IMG/VR virus record: IMGVR_UViG_3300042514_000542
Span: 1-64,000 of that record
Direction: 5' to 3' (one strand)
Length of the DNA: 64,000 nt
Shown here: positions 1 to 11,022 of the stretch, piece after piece
Numbering within the stretch: position 1 is the stretch's first letter
Layout of the letters: the number at the start of each line of letters is the position of its first letter
Translations under genes and position numbers: made by a program
The notes under the pieces: model-generated
The model's database searches: none
What the model saw: only the letters and a program-made list of their open reading frames with translations
What the model was told of the DNA's origin: nothing

Positions 1-3000
1 ATTGATAACGAGGTTACAAGACTTCGTAAATATATTGCGGTATATTCGGGTGGTGGTTCCGTAGCAATGCAATTTGCTGATGGGGGAACCATGAATGGTG
101 ATCTAAATGTTAGTGGTAATTTAACAGTGGTTGGAACCATCAGTGCATCCCAATATCTTGGAATTCCTTATCCATCAGAAAATGATACATTAGATATTGT
201 CACATCTAGGGGTAATATCACCAATAATTCAATAAAGGTTAATACTCTTTCCGCCAACTCGGCTCATCTCACATCAGTAATAGAGGCATCTGCATTCGTT
301 ACCACAGGTGGCACATCTTCGGATTTTGTGAAAGGAGATGGATCTCTGGATAGTAATACTTATATAACAGAAGAAGCCTTTTTATCAAATCTTGTTTTAT
401 ATCCCACAACGGCAGCGAGTGACATAGCTGGTTATTCTAAAATGGTTGCGAGTGTTACAGATATTGACTATAATGCAGTGGCGGTAGATGTATCCACGGG
501 GGATATAACGGGGACTGATGTATTTATATCCAGCTTGATTTCCGCACCTGATCTGATCGTAGGTGAAGTTGATACGATTAATTTAACCGTTATCGGTAAT
601 ATTAAAAAGGTGTCTGGTGGCACTAATAAAAATGCATCTTTTCACTTCCATGCTTATAAAAGATCTATAGGTGGTGTTGAAACTTTATTGGGGGTGAGTT
701 CCAATACCGCAACAGTTGCATCGGCAATATATGAAGAATATGACGCATCGCTTTTACTGAACACCAGCGATTGGATTGATACTGACAGACTTGTATTGAA
801 ATTATATGGAACTCTGGTAGGTTCTGGTGGTGGAAGTAGTCCTGTATTCAATTTTATGTTTGGGGGCGATACACCCGTGCGAGTGTTATTACCTCTACCA
901 ACTAATGTTCAGCTAACCAATTATATACCTTATGTTGGAGCATCCAAAGACATCAATCTTGGAACGCATGATGTCACTACAACGGGTAGTATTAGTGCTA
1001 ATAATATATCCTTACAAGGAGATTTAACTTCCGACGCTAATCGTTTTAACGATTCGACCAGTTTCCTTCGACCTTCAAATGATGTTAGAAACTGGTATCT
1101 AACTGGCAAAACATTTTCAGTTGCGGTAGAAGAATCAAGCCCAACAGGTATATTCTTTAAGCCTGATGGAACTTTGATGTATATCATTGGATCGGGTGGA
1201 GATCGCATAAATGTTTATACTTTAGGAACTCCTTGGGATGTAACAACCGCAGTGTTTTCGTATGGTAATCTCTCTGTTGCCGCACAGGACAATGCTCCAA
1301 ATGATCTATATATATCTCCAGACGGGATGAAGCTATACATGCTTGGCAGTCAAGGTGATGATGTCAACGAATACAATTTGGTGTCTCCTTGGGTTCTTAC
1401 TGGAATGACCTTTGTTACCAGTCGTTTGGTTGGACAAGGAGAGACTACACCATCAGGTCTAGATTTTAAACCAGATGGAACAAAGATGTATGTTGTTGGA
1501 TCTACTATTGATACTGTGCTTGAATACACATTATCGACACCTTGGAGTGTCGCAACCGCGACTTATATTCAAGGATTTTCCGTTGTGTTACAAGAAACAG
1601 TTCCAACAGGATTAAGCTTCAATAGTGACGGCACTCGACTATATATCATAGGTGCAACAGGGGACGATATCACAGAATATCGTTTGTCATCACCATACGA
1701 TATTTCGACAGCGGTTTTTTTCACCACTGGATTTACATTTACTGCTGAAACTGCTCCGCAAGGTATCTATTTTAACGGTAATCAAAATAAAGCTTATGTG
1801 GTTGGTTCTGCGAGAGTTGTTTATGAACTTGGAACAGATCCACAATTAAAATACCATGGAGACTCCTTTACCGTTGATTCTCAAATGTTTGTCGGTGGTC
1901 GCTCAGAATTTTCTGAAGAGGCTTATTTTAACTCAACCGTGAGAACCAACGGTTCACTTATTATCAACGGAACCATATCTGGAGCGGGTAGTATCACCAG
2001 TAACAACACGTTCACACTTACTCGAAACCTTGCAAACGTTTCGTCTGACGGTTTTATAAGCACAAACACGACTGTCGCAACTAACCTTATACCTGTTCAG
2101 CGTTCTCCTAGAAGTAGGTGGTCTGGAACCGTATGGGATACTGGTGCGGCAGCTTCACGCACGGTAAACTGGACGGCAGAAGCAATACCAACCAGTGGCA
2201 ACCCAGCTTCTTCAAGACTTGCGTTTTCCTATGATTTAAATGCTGGTGGTTATTCAGAACTGCTGTGTTTCAATTCAGATGGGAATGTGGGTATTGGAAC
2301 GACAACACCTTCCGCGAGACTTCACAGCTTAGGAACCACAGAACAACTACGTGTAGGTTTTGATGCTTCCAATTACCTAAGCACCACGGTCAATTCGTCG
2401 GGTCTGGTTACTTTTGATGCTGTTGGTGCTGGTGCTGGGTTCAGGTATAATGACAATATTGGCATTGGAACCAATCCAACAACAGGAACCAAACTTGTGG
2501 CTAGAAGCACCTTTGGTATCACAAATACACTCTTAGACTTACAATCCTCTAATGGAACATCCACATTTCAAGTGGATAGCGCAGGAAGACTTGGTATAGG
2601 TATAACTCCTTCTTATACACTAGACCTAGCGGGGGCTAGTGCTGGTATTCGCGTAGACCGTGCGGGTGCGGAGGGCTTTATTGCATTATTCAACTCTGGT
2701 GTTGGCGGTCAGATTCGTGCTGTGAGCGGTGGTGGATTAAAATTCACTGATAGTGGCGGTGGAACCTCTTGGGGATATTTTAGCTCTACAGGAAATCTAG
2801 GCATAGGAACCACATCACCTTCCGCCAAACTCCACACCATATCCACAACAGAACAACTACGTGTAGGTTTTGATGCTTCCAATTACCTAAGCACCACGGT
2901 CAATTCGTCGGGTCTGGTTACTTTTGATGCTGTTGGTAGTGGTGCAGGGTTTGCTTTTAGTGATCCTATTACTGCTACGGCACAACCTGTCTTAAGTGCA

Positions 3001-3969
3001 TCATCTGGAAATGATGTGGTGACTAGAAGCACTTTCTGGGATTCGTTATTTGATTACAGGGGTGTTGCAACTCTCACCTCGATACAGGCGGGAGGTAGTC
3101 AAACCAATGCACAACAAGCTAATGCGAATGGATCTCTATATTTTGGAACAACACCTTTGAGCGGTGATGCTGGTATTTACGTCCAGTTCGTTATGTGGAA
3201 CAACTCACCACACGGCACGAGCCAAGCACCGAATAATGCTGGGGGTGCGCCATTTATAGATCACAGGGTTAATAGCATTATTAATTTTGACCTGACTACT
3301 CCATCCAACTCTATCGCTAGAGACATTATTGTTAGGGCATTTATGGGGAATATGGGGGTGAGTGGGACGAATAATGCTAGGCTTGGCGCAAGTCAAACTA
3401 CATTCGGATACGGTATTAGAATGGACAAACATCCTATCAACAATACTTACCGTGTGAGGTTGGTTGGTCGAACAGCGACGGGAGCAAACATCACGGGAGC
3501 TACAAACACAACTCCGATTGTGGTAACACAAAACGCACACGGACTCCAGAATGGTGACGAAGTGGAAATTACCAATATCGTGGGTAATACCGCAGCAAAT
3601 GGTATCTTTACGGTAGCTAATAGAACTACAAATACGTTTGAGCTTTCTGGAAGCGTTGGAAACGGTGCTTATGTGTCGGGGGGAAATGCACAGAAAATAT
3701 CAACCACTAGCATTGAGGTTGACCCATTTACTTTTTACAAATTTTTCCTAAATTGGAATTATTCAACCCGCACTGTGACACTTCACTTGGGTAGTTACAG
3801 TAGTCCAGCAGTCTTAACTTTGAGCGGGTTGGTGGTGGGAACTGTCATCACAACAAATCAGTTGGGAACGAATTTCAAAATTGGGATGATGGCAGGAGCA
3901 GATATCACTGGTCTTGGATTTCTTGGGATTAATTATAACGCTCCCGTTATGATAACAAACAGATATTAA
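1..3969 (+). CDS. Large virion fibre/adhesin-like protein, 5'-truncated by the window edge
   Basis: Frame is open from base 1 (IDNEVTRLRKYIAVYSGGGSVA-MQF...). G/T/S-rich, with beta-propeller-like repeats (FKPDGT.MY..G...D.V.EY.L..PW), GNVGIGTT.P repeats and a C-terminal HGLQNGDEV module. Confidence 0.7.
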   Translation: MDNEVTRLRKYIAVYSGGGSVAMQFADGGTMNGDLNVSGNLTVVGTISASQYLGIPYPSENDTLDIVTSRGNITNNSIKVNTLSANSAHLTSVIEASAFVTTGGTSSDFVKGDGSLDSNTYITEEAFLSNLVLYPTTAASDIAGYSKMVASVTDIDYNAVAVDVSTGDITGTDVFISSLISAPDLIVGEVDTINLTVIGNIKKVSGGTNKNASFHFHAYKRSIGGVETLLGVSSNTATVASAIYEEYDASLLLNTSDWIDTDRLVLKLYGTLVGSGGGSSPVFNFMFGGDTPVRVLLPLPTNVQLTNYIPYVGASKDINLGTHDVTTTGSISANNISLQGDLTSDANRFNDSTSFLRPSNDVRNWYLTGKTFSVAVEESSPTGIFFKPDGTLMYIIGSGGDRINVYTLGTPWDVTTAVFSYGNLSVAAQDNAPNDLYISPDGMKLYMLGSQGDDVNEYNLVSPWVLTGMTFVTSRLVGQGETTPSGLDFKPDGTKMYVVGSTIDTVLEYTLSTPWSVATATYIQGFSVVLQETVPTGLSFNSDGTRLYIIGATGDDITEYRLSSPYDISTAVFFTTGFTFTAETAPQGIYFNGNQNKAYVVGSARVVYELGTDPQLKYHGDSFTVDSQMFVGGRSEFSEEAYFNSTVRTNGSLIINGTISGAGSITSNNTFTLTRNLANVSSDGFISTNTTVATNLIPVQRSPRSRWSGTVWDTGAAASRTVNWTAEAIPTSGNPASSRLAFSYDLNAGGYSELLCFNSDGNVGIGTTTPSARLHSLGTTEQLRVGFDASNYLSTTVNSSGLVTFDAVGAGAGFRYNDNIGIGTNPTTGTKLVARSTFGITNTLLDLQSSNGTSTFQVDSAGRLGIGITPSYTLDLAGASAGIRVDRAGAEGFIALFNSGVGGQIRAVSGGGLKFTDSGGGTSWGYFSSTGNLGIGTTSPSAKLHTISTTEQLRVGFDASNYLSTTVNSSGLVTFDAVGSGAGFAFSDPITATAQPVLSASSGNDVVTRSTFWDSLFDYRGVATLTSIQAGGSQTNAQQANANGSLYFGTTPLSGDAGIYVQFVMWNNSPHGTSQAPNNAGGAPFIDHRVNSIINFDLTTPSNSIARDIIVRAFMGNMGVSGTNNARLGASQTTFGYGIRMDKHPINNTYRVRLVGRTATGANITGATNTTPIVVTQNAHGLQNGDEVEITNIVGNTAANGIFTVANRTTNTFELSGSVGNGAYVSGGNAQKISTTSIEVDPFTFYKFFLNWNYSTRTVTLHLGSYSSPAVLTLSGLVVGTVITTNQLGTNFKIGMMAGADITGLGFLGINYNAPVMITNRY
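2338..2937 (+). repeat. Identical ~90-bp direct repeat (2338-2427 and 2848-2937) inside the fibre gene
   Basis: ACAGAACAACTACGTGTAGG...GATGCTGTTGGT occurs twice, 510 bp apart. Confidence 0.9.
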
Positions 3970-3974
3970 TCATT

Positions 3975-4346
3975 ATGTATAACGTAATCAAAACAACAGA
4001 ACTAAAGGCCGTTGAAGAAGTCAACGCCATGAACACTCATGCCGAAAACGCATTGAGACAATTACAATCCTTTGCAAAACAAGCTTATGATGTTTTTTGG
4101 TTTGGCGAAACCAGTCCTACCGTTAAGGTAAAACTATTAGGAGAACAAGCAATACGAATATTTACCGACTCCTCGCAAGTGCAGGGATTTTTGGCGAGTA
4201 AAGTGGATGGATATGTGCCATTGGGTGTTCCTGAAGGGTATAGTGTTTCATTTAAAGAAGACGGTAGTGCGGAGATAACTTATACACCACCAGTCGTCGA
4301 AGAAATAGAAGTTGTTGAAGAAGAAGTAGATTTAGGTGGTGTGTGA
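3975..4346 (+). CDS. Hypothetical protein, possibly a fibre accessory/chaperone
   Basis: 123-aa ORF starting 5 nt after the fibre gene; acidic C-terminus. Confidence 0.6.
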   Translation: MYNVIKTTELKAVEEVNAMNTHAENALRQLQSFAKQAYDVFWFGETSPTVKVKLLGEQAIRIFTDSSQVQGFLASKVDGYVPLGVPEGYSVSFKEDGSAEITYTPPVVEEIEVVEEEVDLGGV

Positions 4347-4804
4347 TGGGATTATTAGGACTTAAAAAAAATCCAAAATTTTACCAAGGGTTTTATAACC
4401 CTCAAAACCCATCCAAATATATAGGTAAGGGTGATATTATATATCGTTCAGGATTGGAATTAAAGTTCATGAAATGGTGCGATAAGACAGATACTATATT
4501 GAGATGGTCGTCTGAAACTATAGTTATACCATATTGGGATAGTGTTCAAAAAAAGAATCGCAAATATTATGTGGATAACTTTGTGGAAATACTAGAGGGG
4601 GATATAATTAAAAAGTATCTAGTTGAAATCAAACCACATAAACAGACTTTAGAACCCAAATCAACAAAAGGGAAGCGAAAGGCCAATCTATTATATGAGA
4701 CTGTCATGTATCAGAATAATCTCGATAAGTGGAAGTATGCCAAGGACTTCGCCAAAAAACATGACATGGAATTCATTATTATAACTGAAAAAGAATTAAA
4801 TTAG
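4346..4804 (+). CDS. gp4: T4 gp4-like head completion nuclease
   Basis: NPSKYIG...YRSGLELKFMKWCD...WSSE...IPY...YYVD...EIKP...ITEKEL motif pattern. Confidence 0.85.
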   Translation: MGLLGLKKNPKFYQGFYNPQNPSKYIGKGDIIYRSGLELKFMKWCDKTDTILRWSSETIVIPYWDSVQKKNRKYYVDNFVEILEGDIIKKYLVEIKPHKQTLEPKSTKGKRKANLLYETVMYQNNLDKWKYAKDFAKKHDMEFIIITEKELN

Positions 4805-4836
4805 TAGATTTACAATATTATTCTATAAATATATAT

Positions 4837-5505
4837 ATGGCGTTAAAATTGAAACTCATATCCGAGAATCCACAAGCATTTGATAACTTCGAATACTTGG
4901 AAGAACAGGCTAACCTAAAGGGACAATCCACTCTATACATCAAGGGTCCATTCATAGGTTGTGACCAAATCAATAAGAACAAAAGAATGTATGGTCTTGA
5001 TGATACCCGTAAAGATGTTCAGAGGTATATTCAAGAAATGGTTATTCCGGGTAGAGCAATGGGAGAACTCAATCACCCATCAAGCGCAGATGTTAATTTA
5101 GAAAGAGCTTGTCATATGGTGACTGAACTATATGAAGCTGATGGTGGATTTCATGGTAAATCAAAAGTTTTATCAACTCCTTGTGGGCAAATTTTAAGAT
5201 CGCTTATTAATGATGGTGTCAAAATTGGTGTATCCACTAGGGCATTAGGATCACTTAAGGAATCGAGTGATTATAACTTGGTTCAGAATATGTATCTGGT
5301 TGCTATTGATGCTGTTGCCGATCCATCATATCCAAAAGCTTTCGTTAATGGTATTTTAGAATCTAAAAGTTTCGTTGTTGATGGGGAAGGTAGATTTGAA
5401 GAATTGTATGACAATTTCGAAAAAACAATCTCAAAACTTCCAAAGAAAGACGTTGATTCGTTCCTTCGTGAACAAGTAATACGTTTTATTAACGCTTTAG
5501 GATAA
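4837..5505 (+). CDS. gp21: Prohead core protease (T4 gp21-like)
   Basis: NKNKRMY, GELNHP, GVSTRALGSL and DAVADPS motifs; lies upstream of the scaffold and capsid genes. Confidence 0.93.
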   Translation: MALKLKLISENPQAFDNFEYLEEQANLKGQSTLYIKGPFIGCDQINKNKRMYGLDDTRKDVQRYIQEMVIPGRAMGELNHPSSADVNLERACHMVTELYEADGGFHGKSKVLSTPCGQILRSLINDGVKIGVSTRALGSLKESSDYNLVQNMYLVAIDAVADPSYPKAFVNGILESKSFVVDGEGRFEELYDNFEKTISKLPKKDVDSFLREQVIRFINALG

Positions 5506-5513
5506 ATATAGTT

Positions 5514-5960
5514 ATGCCATCTAAAACGGAAAAACAAAAAAAATTCTTTGGTGCTGCTATGGGTGCTAAAAAGGGACAGTCTAATGTTTCTGGTGCTGCT
5601 AAGAAAGTAGCCAAAGAAATGCCAAAGAAAGAAATTAAGAAATTTCTTAAGACAGAGGGTGAAGAAGACGAGCAATCAGTCAAAAAAGCTATGGATAAGA
5701 ATGGGGGAAAAGTGTCATACGATGCACCAAAAGTGAAACAACGAAAACATTTCGCACCAGCAACTAAAACTGAAAAACCAAAAAAAAGTAAGGGTTCTTA
5801 CGAAAGGTCGAAAACTTTTGATGAAAATGTTAACATTGAGAAGTTTATTGAGAGTATTTTAACAAAAAACTATGCTGCTGCTGATAAATATATAAAGCAA
5901 GCGGTTGAGTGTAAACTTCAAAGTAAAATTGAACAAGAACTTTCAACACCTTTATTCTAA
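5514..5960 (+). CDS. Basic late protein in the head module (possible core protein)
   Basis: Lys-rich ORF between gp21 and gp22, with TAAATA 5 nt before the ATG. Confidence 0.6.
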   Translation: MPSKTEKQKKFFGAAMGAKKGQSNVSGAAKKVAKEMPKKEIKKFLKTEGEEDEQSVKKAMDKNGGKVSYDAPKVKQRKHFAPATKTEKPKKSKGSYERSKTFDENVNIEKFIESILTKNYAAADKYIKQAVECKLQSKIEQELSTPLF

Positions 5961-5968
5961 ATACTATT

Positions 5969-6853
5969 ATGAAGAAAAATCTAAAAAGTTTATTCAGTGA
6001 AGACGTTCAGAAAGTTCTGACCGAAGAAACCCTTACTGCTATCGAAGAAGCATTTAATGACAAGGTTAAATTGTCCGTTGATGCTGCCCTTATCGAACAG
6101 GATGATATCTATGCGGAAAAGCTCGAAACTCTTGTAACCACTCTCGATACCGATAGAGCGAAGAAGATGAAGAGAGTTGTTGAAGCTGTCGATAAATCAA
6201 ATGCATCTAAACTAGTTAAAATTGTTAAGATGTATGAAAGAGATTCTAAGGTTGAAGCTAAGAAGTTTAAAAAAGTTATGGTTGAATCTATCAGCGCATA
6301 TCTTGATGAATTTCTTAAAGAATCTGTCAATCAAAAAGATATCGAACAGGCAGTTAAAAATAAGACCGCATTTAATGTTCTAGAAAATTTACGCAATGTT
6401 CTCGCGGTTGATTCTGTCATGATGAAAGAATCCGTTCAAGAGGCTGTGATTGATGGTAAATCACAAATCACAAAACTTCAAAAAGAAAATGCTGAACTCA
6501 AGAAACAGTTCAAAGCACTTTATGAGCAAAATCAAAAAACTGAAGTTGGATCATTACTTGAATCCAAAATCTCCAAGTTCCCAGAATCTAAAAAAGGATT
6601 CCTTAAGAGAGCATTAGCTGATAAGTCAGTGAAGTTCATTGAAGAGAACTTTGATTATACCGTTCGCCTCTTTGATAAACAAGAAAAATCAAAACTTCAA
6701 ACCTTAAAAGAAGACGCTATTAATAAGCGTGAAATTAAACCCGATTTTGTAACTTCCTTCAAAAAAGAAAAAGTTATAGAAGAAAAGGTAAATAATAACA
6801 GTCTTAAGAATGATTACCTTAGTGTCCTCTCTCGCGGGAAAGGTACTAAATAA
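5969..6853 (+). CDS. gp22: Prohead core scaffolding protein (T4 gp22-like)
   Basis: Coiled-coil, E/K-rich, 294 aa, immediately upstream of the major capsid gene. Confidence 0.8.
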   Translation: MKKNLKSLFSEDVQKVLTEETLTAIEEAFNDKVKLSVDAALIEQDDIYAEKLETLVTTLDTDRAKKMKRVVEAVDKSNASKLVKIVKMYERDSKVEAKKFKKVMVESISAYLDEFLKESVNQKDIEQAVKNKTAFNVLENLRNVLAVDSVMMKESVQEAVIDGKSQITKLQKENAELKKQFKALYEQNQKTEVGSLLESKISKFPESKKGFLKRALADKSVKFIEENFDYTVRLFDKQEKSKLQTLKEDAINKREIKPDFVTSFKKEKVIEEKVNNNSLKNDYLSVLSRGKGTK

Positions 6854-6913
6854 TTTCACCAAGAACTATGAGGTCGCAAGACCTGAACTAATATATAGAA
6901 AGAAAACTATCAT

Positions 6914-8365
6914 ATGAAAATTCCTCAAAGTATTGACCCAAAGAATGTCAACGCAATCGTTGATAAATGGAAAGACATTTTGGACTACAGCTCGAAAGAT
7001 GTTGCAGAAATCCAAAACGAACACGTTTATCGCACGACTGCTATTCTTATGGAAAACCAAGAGAGATGGTGTTTAGAAGAAGCTGGCACATCTGCTGGTA
7101 TCTTTGGCGCAACGACTGCTGCGGGTTCAGGCCCAGGTGCAATGGTTAATGGCGACAATTATGCTGCTGGAGATTCCCGTCTTCCAAAAATCCTCATTCC
7201 TATGATCAGACGTACTTTCCCCGAATTAATCTCCAATGAGATTTGCGGTGTTCAACCTATGGGTGGACCTGTCGGTTTGGCTTTTGCCCTTCGTTATCAA
7301 TATCAATCTGAGTTTCTCAGCGATGTTGACGGTGTTGGTAAAACTGCTGCTGCTGGCGGAACTTCTCCCGGTTTAGGATATACAGGTAATGCTAATGCTG
7401 TTACCAATGAATTAGGTTATCAATTACTTGATACCCGTTTCACTGGTGTTTCATCTAGTGCGCTATCTGGACATGCTGAATGGTTGTTTGCTAACCAAGA
7501 TCGTGGTGTCGCTCAATTACTTGAGAACTACGAAGCTACTGGACGCATTCCTCAAATTGAGATGAAATTCGAAAAAACCTCTGTTGAGGCTGGGACTCGT
7601 AGATTAGCTACACGTTGGAGTATCGAACTTGAACAAGACATTAAAAATATGCAAGGCATCGACATCGATGGCGAGCTTACTAATGCAATGTCTTACGAAA
7701 TTCAAGCCGAAATCGACCGTGAAGTTGTTATGCGTATGCTTCAAGCCGCATTCAATGCAGGTTTTGGGGCTGGATACTCCTTCTGGAGTCCGGTAAGTGC
7801 TGATGGTCGTTGGACCGCTGAAAGAAATCTTACATTCTATCAAAAACTTATTATCGAAGCTGGTCGTATGGCTGCTCGTAACCGTAGAGGTGCTGCTAAC
7901 TTTGTTATCGCAACTCCGCGTGTATGTAGCATTCTCGAAATGCTTCCTGATTTTAAGGTTTACGAAATCAATGGCACAGTCTCGACTGCTGGTGTTGGTA
8001 TCGCAAAGGTAGGAACCGTTGGATCTCGCTTCACCGTCTATCGTGATACAAGAACTGAAGTTCAGAATACTACTTACTATCCTGCTAACAACTACTACAC
8101 ACCGACTCGTACTGAGCCTGTTGAGTATGCGCTGATGGGTTATAAGGGTTCTGAATATTATGATACTGGTATTATCTATTGCCCATATATCCCGATCATG
8201 GTACAACGTGCTATCGATCCTATTAACTTCACCCCTCGCGTTGGTCTAATGACCCGTTACGGTATCGTTAATAATATTTTTGGTGCTAATCTTTATTACC
8301 ATTTAATTATCGTTAAAGGACTTGGTGTTGCCTTTACACCGGGATCAGTAAGTGTCTATCTGTAA
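6914..8365 (+). CDS. gp23: Major capsid protein (T4 gp23-like)
   Basis: LMENQE, IPMIRRTFPELISNEICGVQPMGGPVGLAFALR, ELEQD, EIDRE, YCPYIP and PRVGLMTRYG motifs. Confidence 0.97.
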   Translation: MKIPQSIDPKNVNAIVDKWKDILDYSSKDVAEIQNEHVYRTTAILMENQERWCLEEAGTSAGIFGATTAAGSGPGAMVNGDNYAAGDSRLPKILIPMIRRTFPELISNEICGVQPMGGPVGLAFALRYQYQSEFLSDVDGVGKTAAAGGTSPGLGYTGNANAVTNELGYQLLDTRFTGVSSSALSGHAEWLFANQDRGVAQLLENYEATGRIPQIEMKFEKTSVEAGTRRLATRWSIELEQDIKNMQGIDIDGELTNAMSYEIQAEIDREVVMRMLQAAFNAGFGAGYSFWSPVSADGRWTAERNLTFYQKLIIEAGRMAARNRRGAANFVIATPRVCSILEMLPDFKVYEINGTVSTAGVGIAKVGTVGSRFTVYRDTRTEVQNTTYYPANNYYTPTRTEPVEYALMGYKGSEYYDTGIIYCPYIPIMVQRAIDPINFTPRVGLMTRYGIVNNIFGANLYYHLIIVKGLGVAFTPGSVSVYL

Positions 8366-8415
8366 TTTATTACAATAGCAGTTACGATTTCTAAGTAAAG
8401 CTGATAAATCAAAAC

Positions 8416-8450
8416 AAAAAGGAGGGGAACCGAAGATCCCCTCCTTTTTT
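8416..8450. terminator. Bidirectional intrinsic terminator
   Basis: AAAAA-GGAGGGGA-accgaaga-TCCCCTCC-TTTTTT between convergent genes. Confidence 0.85.
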
Positions 8451-8467
8451 ACGTACTAAAATATGGA

Positions 8468-10432
8468 CTAAATCTTAATCTCGCCCATATACCCTATACA
8501 TTTTTCAATGTGATTGATAACTTTACCCTGTTCTTCTCTGATATCCAGCAACAATTCACTTTTTTCTATATTTGATGGTTCGCCAGATTCCCTTAATTTT
8601 CGGACCAATTCAAATACATCAGTAATTTTCCACAATCTTTTTGTTTCATTTTTATAGTTCACTAAATCTACATTGAATGTTCTCTTAAACCATTCGTAGA
8701 AAATCTTAAATTTAGCATCTGTATACCTTTCATCCCTCTTGAAATAATATGTGTTGTTATCTCCAGCCATTATAATAAATCTATATATTCTCTCGAATGC
8801 ATTAACTGTAGATCTTAGATCGTAAAACAGACCTCCAATCGCTAAGTTTTCCCACTCCACAACCTTCAGTGGAGTTATAACCTCTAAAGATTGTAAATGT
8901 ATATTTGCACTAGAATTCCAAGTCGTAAAAGAATTAAGAGCCGATTTATATAATTCTAATGCTTCATTAATGTCATTTATTTTTTTAGTATCATATGCTT
9001 GCCAATCATAAGTGGAACATATTTTATATAAATTATATCTTAATACTTTATAGTCTATATTCTGTAACCATGGTAATGAATACTTAATAGTGTCGTATAT
9101 GTAGTCTTCATCTGGTTCATATTTATCTTCATATCCATGAATCTGAATATTCGCATCAATTTCAATCTCAATACCATCACCCAATGAATTAACCGTAACC
9201 CTCGGTGAACCGTCGTTGAAATTTCTACCCATATTACCCTTTAAGTGTGAAAATATTCCATGTGCTACAAGTTTCTCATACTCAGATGGGATATTATCTG
9301 ATGATGAATATATATCGTTTAAATATTCAAAAGGTTTGACTATATCTTTACCGAAATCGATTGTAATTTTCAACTCCACATTTACAACATGTCCATTATT
9401 GGTAGTGTCAAATGTTATTTGATTTCCTAATTCCTTTTCATTGTTTTGATTCAATAGTTCACTAACCACTTCGTCTGTTATTTCACTCCCAGTATTGAAC
9501 TCGAAATCAACTGGAGTATCTCCGTCATTATATAATTTTGGGTTCTTATATACTCTTTCACCACCAGTTAATTTTCTATTTAAATTTATAGACACCCACT
9601 CTTTTATATGCTGGTAAAATTCTGGATAATTAGATCCATATCTAGTTCCTACTGTATAAACCTTCCCTACATCAGAATTATGGGGTTTCATCAAAATCCT
9701 AGATAATGGTTTTTGAAGTTTACATTTAGGTTCCCCATTCGCAATATACATTTCATCTTCTGTTACAACATAAGCGACTAATGTTCCCTCATCAATATCT
9801 TGAGGTATATACTTTTTGTTTATTCCGGCCTTTTGTGCCGTCTTAGGATAATTAATTCGTTCTAGACCTAAATCCATACACGATGTCCAACTCCTGTCCG
9901 TAGATGCTCCAGCAATATCATATGGATGTCTGGAGATGACAATCACAAAATCCCCGTTAGATGATCGTATAGGATCATTTTTGAATTCGTGTAGTAATGG
10001 TTTACCTGTAACTGTTTTAGTTGTCTTTTTACCATCAACTCTGTGGGTGACTTCGATCTCCCCATCTTCTTCAAATTTTTGTAAAAGTTTTCCTATTTTA
10101 AGTGGATTTTTTCTGTCAACTTCTGTAGCGAAAGAAATCTCATCCACTATTTTATATTTATATGCAATACCCTTTATATAATCTTCCATACTATCTATTT
10201 GGTATTTTTTTTGGATTAAAAAATTTTCTATTTTTCTCTTTAATGGACTATCGATATTACTATAATCAATCTTCAAATTTCGAAATATTCTGTTTTTACC
10301 CTTAAAAATTTCATCTAATCTATCATTATATGCCCCAGAATACTTCTTGGATAGCATTTTTTTCTTGGCGTTTTTTAGGGAAATCGCTTCTGCTATAATA
10401 TAATGGTTTAATAATTCCTTGAATGAATCCAT
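8468..10432 (-). CDS. Large late protein with internal-protein-like N-terminus (MDSFKELLNHYIIAE)
   Basis: Start reassigned to ATG 10432, which lies 5 nt after TTAAATA. Contains ISRHPYDIAGAST..SWTSCM motif. Confidence 0.7.
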   Translation of the reverse strand: MDSFKELLNHYIIAEAISLKNAKKKMLSKKYSGAYNDRLDEIFKGKNRIFRNLKIDYSNIDSPLKRKIENFLIQKKYQIDSMEDYIKGIAYKYKIVDEISFATEVDRKNPLKIGKLLQKFEEDGEIEVTHRVDGKKTTKTVTGKPLLHEFKNDPIRSSNGDFVIVISRHPYDIAGASTDRSWTSCMDLGLERINYPKTAQKAGINKKYIPQDIDEGTLVAYVVTEDEMYIANGEPKCKLQKPLSRILMKPHNSDVGKVYTVGTRYGSNYPEFYQHIKEWVSINLNRKLTGGERVYKNPKLYNDGDTPVDFEFNTGSEITDEVVSELLNQNNEKELGNQITFDTTNNGHVVNVELKITIDFGKDIVKPFEYLNDIYSSSDNIPSEYEKLVAHGIFSHLKGNMGRNFNDGSPRVTVNSLGDGIEIEIDANIQIHGYEDKYEPDEDYIYDTIKYSLPWLQNIDYKVLRYNLYKICSTYDWQAYDTKKINDINEALELYKSALNSFTTWNSSANIHLQSLEVITPLKVVEWENLAIGGLFYDLRSTVNAFERIYRFIIMAGDNNTYYFKRDERYTDAKFKIFYEWFKRTFNVDLVNYKNETKRLWKITDVFELVRKLRESGEPSNIEKSELLLDIREEQGKVINHIEKCIGYMGEIKI

Positions 10433-10473
10433 GTTTATATTTAATAATTTAAACGAAATAACTAAATAATAGT

Positions 10474-10923
10474 ATGTTATATACATTCAGTACACAACTC
10501 CTTTCTGCTCAAAAAACAGGAACACCTAATTTAATCGGAACAACGTTATCAGCAGTTGGTGTAACATTCCTATCTGGTGCGAATGTACCTTTTGCAACAC
10601 AAAAAGTCGTAGTATTATCTCTATCCACAACTGAAGAGGGAATCGCTTTCAATCCGGTGAGTATTTCGATTGCTTCCAATAACCTTTCAACATTTAACTT
10701 ATCGTCATATCCTTTATCGACTGTTAATGTTTTAGGATCTAGATTTGTAATTCCAACAGCACTCCATAGCTCAACATTTGCATTACTTGAAGTCGTGCCA
10801 AAAACATACACAATATTTACATGGTTATCAACATCAGCCGTTATTGATCCTCTAAGTACTACCAACACTCAAAACGTTATGACACCCGATAGACGTAGAT
10901 TGAGATTACTAGGATACGCATAA
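10474..10923 (+). CDS. Hypothetical late structural protein (S/T-rich)
   Basis: CTAAATA-N5-ATG; 149 aa. Confidence 0.65.
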   Translation: MLYTFSTQLLSAQKTGTPNLIGTTLSAVGVTFLSGANVPFATQKVVVLSLSTTEEGIAFNPVSISIASNNLSTFNLSSYPLSTVNVLGSRFVIPTALHSSTFALLEVVPKTYTIFTWLSTSAVIDPLSTTNTQNVMTPDRRRLRLLGYA

Positions 10924-11022
10924 ATAGACACTTTTCGTCCATTTTTTAATATTTAAACACATCAGAATTCATTTTCTGATGTGTTTTTTGTTGACAACAT
11001 CATCTATCCCGTTAATTACACC

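Noticed and set aside
7604-8206. 200-aa minus-strand ORF; likewise 52672-53343 and other antisense ORFs
   Set aside because: They lie wholly opposite well-supported genes (gp23, helicase) and have no promoter or recognisable motifs.
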